Shown here: one piece after another, positions 9,161-19,837 of the stretch | Numbering within the stretch: position 1 is the stretch's first letter | Layout: the number at the start of each line of letters is the position of its first letter | DNA from: Ginkgo biloba | Lineage: Eukaryota > Plantae > Ginkgophyta | Reading direction: 5' to 3' | Length of the DNA stretch: 19,837 bases | NCBI GenBank assembly: GCA_024626585.2 | Contig: JANKJI020000004.1 | Location: forward strand, 9,551,229 to 9,571,065 | The notes under the pieces: model-generated | Databases searched by the model: none | Told to the model about the DNA's origin: nothing | What the model saw: the letters and a program-made list of their open reading frames with translations, nothing else | Made by a program: the position numbers and the translations under genes

Positions 9161-10047
9161 CTCAGTCACTAACTAGGGGGAACTGACCCTCAAATTAAGG
9201 AACCCACTCTACCATAGTGGATTCCCTCCTTTGAGTGTAGAACCCATTCTGCTTCATGCTCCCTACTTTTATTCTTGAAATCCAATGGTCACAAATGATT
9301 AGGAGAAACATCTCATTTTTTATCTAATGGATATATTAGGTGAAGTGAGCCTCTTCAATGGATATATCATTAAATTCTCTATAGTGGCTACCTCCAATAG
9401 CTCTTATAATAGATATCTTGTGTACCTTTCTCATTAAATGTACTTTTTAGAACTGGCACTCTTCTTTTTAAAATTTGATCTCCCAATGGCCCAATGGCTT
9501 GATATACACCTTATTCTATCTCTGTGGGTCTTTATTATATTTAATAAGTGGTCAAGTCCATGGAGGCAAAGATTGAAAAGAAGGCATCCCTCCTTGGGAT
9601 CCTCGATTCTTGATGACCATTTAACATTGAATTTTGAATCAACGGCCTTAAATTTATATTCCATTAAGTTCTTAAGTTTACTCAATTAGAATTTTAGCAA
9701 GTATGATAGGCATGGATACTCTAAAATTCTTAACTTTTATTATTCTCAACTTATAAACCCATCGGGTCTGCACTATTGAGATTTAGGTGTATGTCTCCAA
9801 TATTTCATGTGCCCACCTCTAGACTCCCAATATTTGATAAATTCAATTTAATATGGTGTCAGGTATGTAGGTTTTTTCTTAATAACCCTTTTCCATAGCC
9901 TTAGGCACCACCCTCCTGGTCCCTAGTACCCTAATGCTTGATTAAAACTAATATATAAAGCTCTCAGTTATGGAACTAATGCACACCATAAGGTGTTCTT
10001 AGGATGCTCCTGCATCNNNNNNNNNNNNNNNNNNNNNNNNNNNNNNN

Positions 10048-10263
10048 AAATACCAAGTATTTCATGTTGCTAATTGATAATTACATTAGGAAAACTTGGA
10101 TTTTTTTTTTTAAAGAAAAAATTAGAATCTTTTAAGATATTCACAGAATTTAAGAAAATTATAGAAAATGAGAGTGGCTATAGAATATAAAGGATGGGAT
10201 CATATAATGGGGGAAAATTTACCTCCAATGAATTTAAAGAGTTTTGTAAGAAGAGGGGAATAA
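10048..10263 (+). mobile_element. Ty1/copia integrase core fragment
   Basis: KYFMLLIDNYIRKTWIFFLKKK.ESFKIFTEFKKIIENESGYRI*RMGSYNGGKFTSNEFKEFCKKRGI matches the copia YF..IDD.SR.TW.YFLK..F..FK..VENE.G..IK.LRSDNGGEFTS.EF..FC...GI consensus; flanked by gaps. Confidence 0.92.
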
Positions 10264-11164
10264 TNNNNNNNNNNNNNNNNNNNNNNNNNNNNNNNNNNNN
10301 NNNNNNNNNNNNNNNNNNNNNNNNNNNNNNNNNNNNNNNNNNNNNNNNNNNNNNNNNNNNNNNNTTATGTGTTGTCCAGTGTGCAGAGATATTATATCCA
10401 TATGTGATTACAATCTTTGTTACTTGGATATTATGGTGCCTACAGTTTGTAATATCTCTATGTTGAATTATTATTGATGGAATAACTCTTGTGGTGTGTC
10501 TAGAAGTTCGTGGACATGAAGATCACTATTATTGAGATTGAAGAATTAATTAAACTATGAAACTATTGAATGTGTTCATTGTGGTTGTGTGAAGAAGTGA
10601 GACATAAAGAGTTGGCATCTAAGAGTAGTAGTGATGAATATAGTGTGAAGGGGTCACGAACCCCACACTAATAATGCCAGAGTTACAGGCTCATTACAGG
10701 GTCTATTAATGTGTGGATGCTATAGATCATGCTCATAAAGTGATAAGTCCATTGAAGAATGTATTTGAAGCTATTAGGTCCTTTATAGCCTATTTTAAAG
10801 GTGTTAAGGTGTCATGGATGCCACAGGTGTGGAAGGTGTTGCTCTAAGGAGACCACAAAGGGGTTGAACGCATTGAGAATCTCACTATTATCTTATGTGA
10901 ATGTTATATTAACATGAGCACCAGTGGTGCTACATAGGTCTATGAAGGGTATTTGAGCACTGATAAAGTTTAAGAAAAATCCACCTAATTAGGCACCAAG
11001 GGTTGGATGTCAGATGACTGGTGAATAGGCTTGCAAGAGGTGTGATTAACTAATAGGATGAACAAGGCTATGAGGCCGTCAGGATCTTGATAAGGATGAA
11101 AATATGACATGAAGGTTCATGGGAGAACCTAAATAGGTTGAATAGATCATTAAAGAGATGTAGT

Positions 11165-11455
11165 CGTGGATCTCAATATGAAATTTGACAAATTTACCAA
11201 AGTTGAAGAAAAATCAACGCCCGACCACCTACAAAATGACATGAATCAAAAATTCAAAAAATTATATTTTTATATATATTTTTTAAAGTTACCACTTGAT
11301 TAAATTATATTGCATAATTTTTTAAATCCAATAATTAAAAAAAAATATAGCACCATTCACAGTCATATGGTAAAAGGGGCTAATCCCCTTTTCCAGCACC
11401 CAAACAACAACCTCTAAAAACCAAAAATACCATCAAACATATTTTTTTATTCTCT
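11165..11455. repeat. Dispersed direct repeat, copy 1 (~300 bp; partner ~12700-12995)
   Basis: Shared cores ACAGTCATATGGTAAAAGG, TAATCCCCTTTTCCAGCACC and TATATTGCATAA; spacing ~1540 bp. Confidence 0.8.
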
Positions 11456-12699
11456 NNNNNNNNNNNNNNNNNNNNNNNNNNNNNNNNNNNNNNNNNNNNN
11501 NNNNNNNNNNNNNNNNNNNNNNNNNNNNNNNNNNNNNNNNNNNNNNNNNNNNNNNTGACTCTCGATAGCATTTTGGGTAGAATGGGTCAAACAAAGCAAT
11601 AATCATGCCTCTTAGCGCTTATGATGAAATTATTTTACTTTGTTTAATAAAATAGCCACCTGATTTTATTTATGTGCAGGTCTTTGGCGCTTCTGAAAGC
11701 TTTCAAGAGAAACTCCAAATATCCAAAGATCCTCCCCTAACTTCATAGGAATCAATGCAAGCATCCTATAAGTTTCCTCTTGACAAAACTCTACCAAAAC
11801 CATGGAAAACTCCTTGCCATTGATTTGCGACAGTAAATTAGTGGCACTACTGCCAAGTGCTCTATTAGGCAGTGTCCTCTACAAGAGCACACTAATTGAC
11901 AACGTCATTGGTTTTCAAAAATAAAATAAAAATTCAACAATTGGGGGTCATTCCCAACGAATTTTGGGTCACCCCAAACTGACTCAAATCCCACCGTTGA
12001 TCCCTATGGAGTGTTGACCATCTGTTGCTTTGGTATTACCCTTGGTACCAAACCTAAACCCTACAAATAGAGTGGTAATTGAGGCATAAAGGATCCAAGA
12101 CCAATGTATTATGATGCTGTCAAAATTTAGTCTCAATCCTCCCTCACTTTGCATTCCACATTCCATTGTTGAATCCCTTTCCATTAGTCTCTTGCCCCTT
12201 ATGGCTCTTTACCTTTATTTTGGCTTGTAGGCACCCTTGGTTCAAAGATTCCCAATCCATGATAGTAGGAAACTGTCATTCCTTCCTACCAACCTTCGAT
12301 CACTAGGCCTTTACCCCTCTTTCCTTGCAGGTTGATGGAGATTTGGATCTTGGAGTAGAGTTTGAAGGATTTCGAAGTGCTTAGGACCACATGATCAGTT
12401 CAGGTGGTACCATTTTATAGTATCCTAAAAAACATTATGATTAGGTGATGTGAAGTTGAGGTGCCTCACTCTATGGAAGCTTTAGGTTGGTGTTACTCAT
12501 AGGGAGCCTTCATAGAGGATCAAGGAAAGAAGTTATGAGGTTTTTTAGTGCCATTACAAGAGAAGGTTACATGACTCCATCAAAAGTTGTAGACTGAGAG
12601 AGCGAGGTAGGTGGTATAGTTGTAGGGTATCCTAAAAAGTAGAGAAAACTCATTATGGAGGGATCTAAGATCTCAAAACTAATTCGTAGGTTCACAGAG

Positions 12700-12995
12700 A
12701 TGGATCCAGATCTAATGAAACTGATAAATGTTCATGATTGAAGAAGAATCATTACAAGGGAAGCCTATAAATGATAAAGACACCAAAATTCCAAAAAAAA
12801 AATTTAGACCTTTATTTTCTTCTAAAGTTATCCATTAAATTTAACTATATTGCATAAAATTTAAAATCCAAAAGATTTAAAAATAATTAGCGCACATCAC
12901 AGTCATATGGTAAAAGGAATTAATCCCCTTTTCCAGCACCTAGACAATCACCTCTAAAAGTTAAAAATACCACCAGACACCAATTTTAATTCTCT
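12700..12995. repeat. Dispersed direct repeat, copy 2 (partner ~11165-11455)
   Basis: Same shared cores as copy 1, in the same order. Confidence 0.8.
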
Positions 12996-15900
12996 ATCAC
13001 CTAGACATGGTCATATGGACTGAATGCTAGCTACCTATATGTAGACCAAAGTTTTTTATGTTCATTGATGANNNNNNNNNNNNNNNNNNNNNNNNNNNNN
13101 NNNNNNNNNNNNNNNNNNNNNNNNNNNNNNNNNNNNNNNNNNNNNNNNNNAAACACTTAGAATTAAATCATTTTTGTAAAGCATTCATTATTCTTCTTCT
13201 TCATTTTCAAATTTATCTATACTAGGAATACTCCCCCATGTATTTATTGCACACACATACACAAACTTGATCATTAGAATAGAGATGACCTATTATTGGT
13301 GTATCATACAATGAGAATCTAAAGTCTAGATAAAGAGGAAATAAGAGAACTAGGAGTCTTGGTTACTTGAGTATCAACATCCTTAATAATAGATCTATCA
13401 TTTTTTATAATTCAATGTGTACCTATATTTCTTAAGACTTAATTTCTCTTACTACTATAGTATGAAACCTTGCTCCTCATTTTATATTGTACCAAAACCC
13501 ATATACTTTAGACCAACATAATTCAACACAAGGAGTAAACACTTAACTAGGTCATTAGGGGTGTAATATACATTATTTATCATGCACATTTCTTAGATAT
13601 GGCTAGCGGAAGTGGAATACTAATAATTATCATAGAGAAGCTCACTAGTGTAGAGAATTATGTAGTGTGGAAATACTAGATGGAGAATTTCCTATTGCTA
13701 AATGNNNNNNNNNNNNNNNNNNNNNNNNNNNNNNNNNNNNNNNNNNNNNNNNNNNNNNNNNNNNNNNNNNNNNNNNNNNNNNNNNNNNNNNNNNNNNNNN
13801 NNNNGTTAGGTCTGAGTTATTTTTCAAAAAATATCTTTTTTGATTGATGTTTTCTATGATGGTGCAAAAAGATGATGTATATTGTGACTCAAATAAAATA
13901 GTCCATTATCAAGTTTTCTTTTTACACTAATAAATATTGTTTACCTTCATTTTTTATATCAAAAAATGATTCTTTAAGCCTCTTTGTAAGACTATGACTC
14001 AAAGAAATAATCTTATTATAAAGGCTCTTTGAAAATTTTTCATTATAAATTTATGCAAGTTTCTTAGTCTCGGTGAGTTTAATGTTCCTAAAGAATATGA
14101 AATATGATTCAGATCTCTCTTGTACTATGGTTAAGGGATGAGCATTAAAGATAAAGTGTCAAGTGTGTCCTTGGTTGAAAAAGGTGTCAGTATTATACCT
14201 CCTCAAGGAAGGAGAGAGTTTGTTGTTGGTTGTATTGGTAGTTGAAACTTCAAGAAATAAAATATAAGTTGGTATGACCCTTGATGGATAAAGTGGAAAA
14301 TATCTTAAATGAGTGTTTGATTAAAATAAGTGTTTGATGCAAACCATGATTTCAATAAATTTTAAATAATTTAGTTTTTCTCATGTTAAGAGTAAATGTA
14401 TCTACTAAAGGAAAGTATTGAGTTTCCCACAAAGGGTTAGATTGTTGTAAGAGATAGGAACTATTTTTGAGTAGTGGATTAATGAGTAACCACATAGGAT
14501 GAATAGAAGTATATGGCCAAAGGTTTCCATATAATGGAAATGATGACCCACAAGATTATGGTTTGGTAATTTGTCATGTATCCAAGCTACTTTCCTATAA
14601 AATCAACGAGCACCATGGTTGGTTACCTAGGTGTCTTGATGGATGGAAATAATTCCATATGTAATTATCAAATTAGTTTCATGGAGATTAATTGATTATG
14701 TGATGTATGGTGGTATTCTAAATTACAGGGATAAGTATAAATAAAAGAGAACTATTGTTATTGATAGGATTGAGTTGGGAATCTCACCAAGTCATTCATT
14801 ATAGAAACAATTGAGAGGCATAGGATATCTCTTTATATATTAAGTGTAATAATTAAGTGGGGATATTAGAATTGATTTTTTTTCTCTTAATAAATAAAAT
14901 AAATTATTATTTATTCCACTTAGAGAAAAGATGATAAGGTTCTATAGAAAAGTAGATCAGATAATAGTTGTGATGTAGGTGAAATAGTAAATGAGAGATA
15001 AGGATTTTTATCATTAAAATATTAAAAGATTATGGGATGAGAAAATATGTAAATACTTGATCCCAAAGAGGAAATAGGTGCTCTTAGATGTGCACAACAT
15101 TGTGGTTCCATATGATGTTCTTCCTATAAGAATGTCTCATATTTTTATAATAGTTATTTCATTATCATGATTATTCTTTTTGAAGTACTTACTATAGAAG
15201 ATATTTTTATGAATTTCTTTGTATATTTCCATTCATGAATGAATGAGATTACTGAATTATGTTTTGATATTATGAGTGTGTTTGTGGGAAATAATATTTT
15301 GTGAGAGATTAAGTTGGGGAAAGAAGATCAATTCTATTTCCCTACATTCATGAGGGCTTGTAATCTTTCTATTGTATTATATATTTTAAATAGAATGAAT
15401 CAAAACCTAAGGTATCCTTATTCCATATGAAATTCTATGTTGTTTCCATCCTCAATGGAAATTATAATTTGATAACAACCACATCCCAAATATATATTGG
15501 AGAAATCTCATGGTAAATTTAGATCATCTATCCATGGTTTAGGGAAATTATTTTTTATCATTATTTTATTCAATGTTCTATAGTTTATATATTATCTAAA
15601 TGAGTTTTATTTCTTCCTTATAACTACCACTAGTGTTTCATATGGAATTTTTATATTTATGATTATTCCAATATTAATTAAATATTTTATTAGTGTTTCT
15701 ATCTCCATTTTCTTTTTTTTTTTTGTATTTATATAGATTAATAATTATTGTGACTTCACCTTAATCNNNNNNNNNNGTAATATGCTACACACCATTGTAT
15801 GGTATAATAATTTTCATTAAGTATTAGAAAACCTTATTGTTCTTATTTAGAAATTAGTTTATATCCTTATTTCATTATTATATTTATTTCTATTTTCTTA

Positions 15901-16439
15901 TCACTAAATATATCCATGTATCCATAATATACAATCTTAGGATTAATCCCATATTTCCTTTTTAAATTAAATTTTATTCATTTATTTCAAATTTACAACT
16001 TGATTTGTTCTTACATAAAGCTTATACTTTATTCCTTACNNNNNNNNNNNNNNNNNNNNNNNNNNNNNNNNNNNNNNNNNNNNNNNNNNNNNNNNNNNNN
16101 NNNNNNNNNNNNNNNNNNNNNNNNNNNNNNNNNNNNNNNNNNNNNNNNNNNNNNNNNNNNNNNNNNNNNNNNNNNNNNNNNNNNNNNNNNNNNNNNNNNN
16201 NNNNNNNNNNNNNNNNNNNNNNNNNNNNNNNNNNNNNNNNNNNNNNNNNNNNNNNNNNNNNNNNNNNNNNNNNNNNNNNNNNNNNAATAACTCACAATAT
16301 ATTTTACCATTTATTATGAATGGCATGGCATGGTACTAAAAATTCCCCTGACTCATGTAGATATTATGGTAAAAGAATCCAAATGGGTATGGACAAGTCT
16401 AATCCTTATAAACATGATTTGATATAAATAAAAAAATGG

Positions 16440-16884
16440 ATAAATTTAATAGAAACAAATACTATCAACATAAATAATAATATCTCATTATAGATGCACC
16501 ATATATTCTAACTAACTATCTATGTGAAAACATATGCTATGGGAATAAGAGCATGGTTCATGATCACTCAACACCTTAACTAATATTAAAATGTAAAAAT
16601 TACTACAATTGATACAAATAAATGATCTACCACTAAAAATATGGAATGAATCATGATCTTATTAAATTACATCCATAATGATGTTCTTCTACTATCAATT
16701 AAACCATGTAGTATGAGGACAGATTTACATGCTCATCACTGAGTGGATATGACCATAATAGCATATGAGCTATGAGAACTAGAACAAATAAAAGGAAAAA
16801 ATATCATTGCTTAAAAATACAAGTTGACAATTAAATGCTAAAATGATTGCATATCTACCACAAAGGAAGAGAGATAGTGCCCTA
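16440..16884 (+). mobile_element. Possible highly decayed L1 ORF1 (DUF4283 / zinc-knuckle region)
   Basis: DAPYIL..; *IQINDLPLKIWNES resembles W(I/V)QI.DLPL..W; ..VDMT..; a terminal HIYHKG..CP resembles a decayed CxxCxxxGHxxxxCP. Multiple frameshifts are needed. Confidence 0.4.
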
Positions 16885-17034
16885 NNNNNNNNNNNNNNNN
16901 NNNNNNNNNNNNNNNNNNNNNNNNNNNNNNNNNNNNNNNNNNNNNNNNNNNNNNNNNCATATTTATAGAAGTTGGGCACCATGCAGTTGTTGTGTCATAA
17001 AATAATTATACTAGTCACACAAAAATTATGCTTA

Positions 17035-17168
17035 GGAAAACTTGTGAAGTTTTGAGAAAAATGCATGGAACGATAGGAAATTCCATAGAGTTTTGAGGAA
17101 AATCCACAATTTTTTTAGGAAAATGCATAGAGATTTAAGAAAAATGCATAGAGTTTTGGGGGAAATCA
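17035..17168. repeat. Degenerate ~21-bp tandem repeat (~6 copies; consensus ~AGGAAAATGCATAGAGTTTTG)
   Basis: Recurrent (g/a)aaaat(g/c)cat(a/g)ga..ttt units seen directly. Confidence 0.75.
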
Positions 17169-18949
17169 GTGACAGATAGAAAAAATAGTATTAAATAGAA
17201 AAATGTACAATGTCATCTCTAGAAAAGGTGTGGCATTAAAATAAAAGGTACATCATGATAAATGAATCCTCAACATGTTAGAAAAAACTANNNNNNNNNN
17301 NNNNNNNNNNNNNNNNNNNNNNNNNNNNNNNNNNNNNNNNNNNNNNNNNNNNNNNNNNNNNNNNNNNNNNNNNNNNNNNNNNNNNNNNNNACCCATTTTT
17401 GAATTTTAACAATTGCTCTTGATTCTCTAATGTACGATAAACCTGCACCTAAATTTTTATCCAAAATTGAGCTTATTTGATGGGTTTTTCAATTTTGTTA
17501 AGAACTCAAAAAATCAACTTATTTTGCTCCTTTAGCTCCTTTTTTCCTTAATCACCTAGTCACTCATATGACCTTCCTTTAACTCTTCAAATAGAAAAAA
17601 AAATTGAAAAAAATACTTTATGAATATTGAAACCCTGACCTTATGTGTCTAAAATCAACCTGTTTAACCAATTATTCTATTTTCCAACTTGAAATATTAA
17701 CTAACATAAAAGATACTTGACTTATTCTTAATGGACATGCCATTTTAAAAATAAAAAATTCACCAGTGACCCACTTTGAGGGAGGATTCCAAGCAAACAT
17801 TCAATCTAGTTAAATTGCACTCCAACCTTTGAAAAAATATAAATTACAAATTCTTCAAATGGAAAAATTCTCGCCTATGATGATTATGTGCACGTTTATT
17901 ATACCTATGTGGTATGATTGATGTATGAAAGCCAGATAGAGGGAGTTTATAGCAAAACCTTCTAATAAGATAAGATCCATCTAAAGTTCATCTCTCTTAT
18001 GCTAAATTTCATCTCCTACTATGATTTATTCATTTAGTTAATGAATCATCTATGAATGGCATTTGGATCCTCACCCANNNNNNNNNNNNNNNNNNNNNNN
18101 NNNNNNNNNNNNNNNNNNNNNNNNNNNNNNNNNNNNNNNNNNNNNNNNNNNNNNNNNNNNNNNNNNNNNTTGAATCATTGGTGGTTGTTTCTCATACTCA
18201 AATTTCACTACATCTCTCTTCTTCCATAATTATCTTCTTCACTAGAATTTAAATTATTGTCTTCATATGTATTTTATACCTCTTCTTAAATCATAATGTG
18301 AATCAAGCATTTGGGTCACTGTTAGGATATGATATCCCCTCTATATGACTCATATCCTTCACTTTAACGTTATTATTTATTGGTAGTCTTTGGTTGACTA
18401 TTTCTATCCTGGAATCTTTGTTTTGGATTTGACAATAGTTCTTGTAGACTTATACATTTCTATTCCCTCTAAATTTGTTTCCTATTTTCTTTCAAGAATA
18501 GACTTTTGTTTAAATTGTTTGTCACTAATATACTATTCTCCACTTATTTCTCACATCCTCATGGGTTCTTATAATATTATAGCTTTTGAAACCCTTACTT
18601 CGTGCATGCAAACTAAACAACTNNNNNNNNNNNNNNNNNNNNNNNNNNNNNNNNNNNNNNNNNNNNNNNNNNNNNNNNNNNNNNNNNNNNNNNNNNNNNN
18701 NNNNNNNNNNNNNNNNNNNNNNAGGGATACCAAGTTAAAGGTCATGGGTAGAAGAAGGAAATATGGCGAAGAAGAATATAGAAATGTACCCACCTATATC
18801 ACATGAGGAATATTTTAAGGTGGGAGACAGTCGCAGAGAAACCCTCATATGGACCAAGTTTGAATCTTAGGAATGGGATAGGATGATGATATAATAATTC
18901 ATGGATTAGTTGTATGGTGCATGGAGAGAAAATAGAGTCAATCCATTAG

Positions 18950-19520
18950 AGGTATAAGCATAAATCAGATCTAAATTCCAAAGGTTACACAAGTCAGGAA
19001 TTCTAAAAATTGTAGAAAACCCTTGTATTGGAGAGTAGTAAAATTTCATGAGATTTTTGGTGGGGTGGTACCATAATAATCAAATTTGGATAGATGAGTC
19101 TATTTTGGTGGGGATGGATCAAATTAAATTACTAATGGGATTACTGATAGATCTAAAAATGAATATTGTGAGTGTTCTAGGGACTACCAAGAAAATTGGA
19201 GATGATAAGATTAGTGTCGATCTTAGTTTAATGATAAGTTGATAGTCAATTCATGGGGGATTGCCATCAATAGGATTTTGAACAATGGAAGAAGGTGGGA
19301 AGAAAATATCTTTAGCACATGGTTCTATAACTCAAGTAGATCATCCGACATATTGAATGGGTGGTTTAGACTGATAAAGACTATCATCAACAAAGGCACA
19401 CCGTTCCCATATGAAGAGTATGTTAAAGATTAATTATATGAAGCCATTAATCATGCATTATTAAAATCTAACCATTTTTTCATGTCAAACCTTATTATTT
19501 AATTGATCATGTTGAAGTAT
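18950..19520 (+). pseudogene. Decayed retroelement-associated extra ORF of unknown function (joins ORFs 19048-19242 and 19239-19433)
   Basis: Two overlapping ORFs appear to be joined by one frameshift and continue past a stop: MRFLVGWYHNNQIWIDE..LMGL....GIAINRI..RRW..IF..FYNSSR..W..L...I..G..F..*LYEAI..HFFMSNLI. The pattern resembles accessory ORFs I recall from gymnosperm LTR elements; not verified by search. Confidence 0.4.
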
Positions 19521-19837
19521 CCACCATCAGTTACTTAGATAGAGTCCCTGTTAGATGGTCCTTCTGGCATTACGATCAGTGATAAAATAAGTCAATAAAA
19601 GAATAATACACCATAATATTGTTAGACTAGCAAGATAGAATATGCATTAAGGCCTTCATAGAAATGAGAGTGCCTAAAGGATTCAACTCAATGTATTATG
19701 AAGGGCCCAATCCACAAATTTAATTATTTTTGGAGCTTGACACAATAAAGATTAAGTGTACGGGATTCAAGTAGAATTATCGATAATTGCCATACATTAC
19801 CACCTGGGTGTAATTAAAGGATGATTACCACAAATAG

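Larger units (their letters stand above)
7312..10016 (-). mobile_element. LTR retroelement, non-autonomous or internally deleted: ~1.9 kb 5' LTR (8096-10016), ~290 bp interior, partial 3' LTR (7312-7809)
   Basis: 7312-7809 aligns by eye with 9532-10016. The long copy starts TGATGTAG (8096) and ends CTGCATC[gap]; the short copy ends CTACATCA (7809), giving TG..CA termini with an 8-bp inverted repeat. Minus-strand PBS and PPT abut the LTRs. Confidence 0.75.

Noticed and set aside
13643-13667. CACTA...TAGTG mini inverted termini
   Set aside because: Only 25 bp long, with no TSD, subterminal repeats or transposase; probably chance.
14700-14880. Faint dUTPase-like wording (KRTIVID.IELGISP)
   Set aside because: The diagnostic RSG and G.ID.DY.G motifs are absent.
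16000-16326. ORFs spanning N-runs (also 1711-1911, 4760-4955, 8743-9115, 18390-18806 and others)
   Set aside because: These are artefacts of gaps translated as X.
18868-18889. TAGGAATGGG resembling a miR482/2118 target site
   Set aside because: It matches only the miRNA 3' half, with no seed pairing, and lies in TE-like DNA.
1-19837. Prokaryotic systems (CRISPR arrays, operons), tRNA/rRNA genes
   Set aside because: No repeat-spacer arrays, dense ORFs or structural RNA signatures were seen. The content is plant nuclear repetitive DNA.

Overview
AT-rich eukaryotic (land-plant) genomic scaffold with 22 N-gaps, many of them ~100 N. The overall character suggests a large, heavily methylated genome, possibly a gymnosperm (inference). 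Most of the window is a graveyard of decayed retroelements: Tat-like, CRM-like and Reina-like Ty3/gypsy pol fragments, a Ty1/copia integrase fragment, L1 LINE fragments (zf-RVT + RNase H, and a possible ORF1), a retroelement-type extra ORF, and an LTR pair with PBS/PPT but only ~290 bp of interior. No intact protein-coding gene is identifiable. The exception is a CpG-retaining, non-TE island at ~3580-4815. On the minus strand it has TATA box + initiator spacing typical of a Pol II promoter, a 13-codon uORF, a miR319-complementary site with a bulge opposite miRNA nt 10/11 (target-mimic-like), two GT donors and a well-contexted ATG (MATASVFMGEAMSATPESTFIKRDRL...). All family assignments come from manual translation and motif recall, not database searches, and TE boundaries are approximate.
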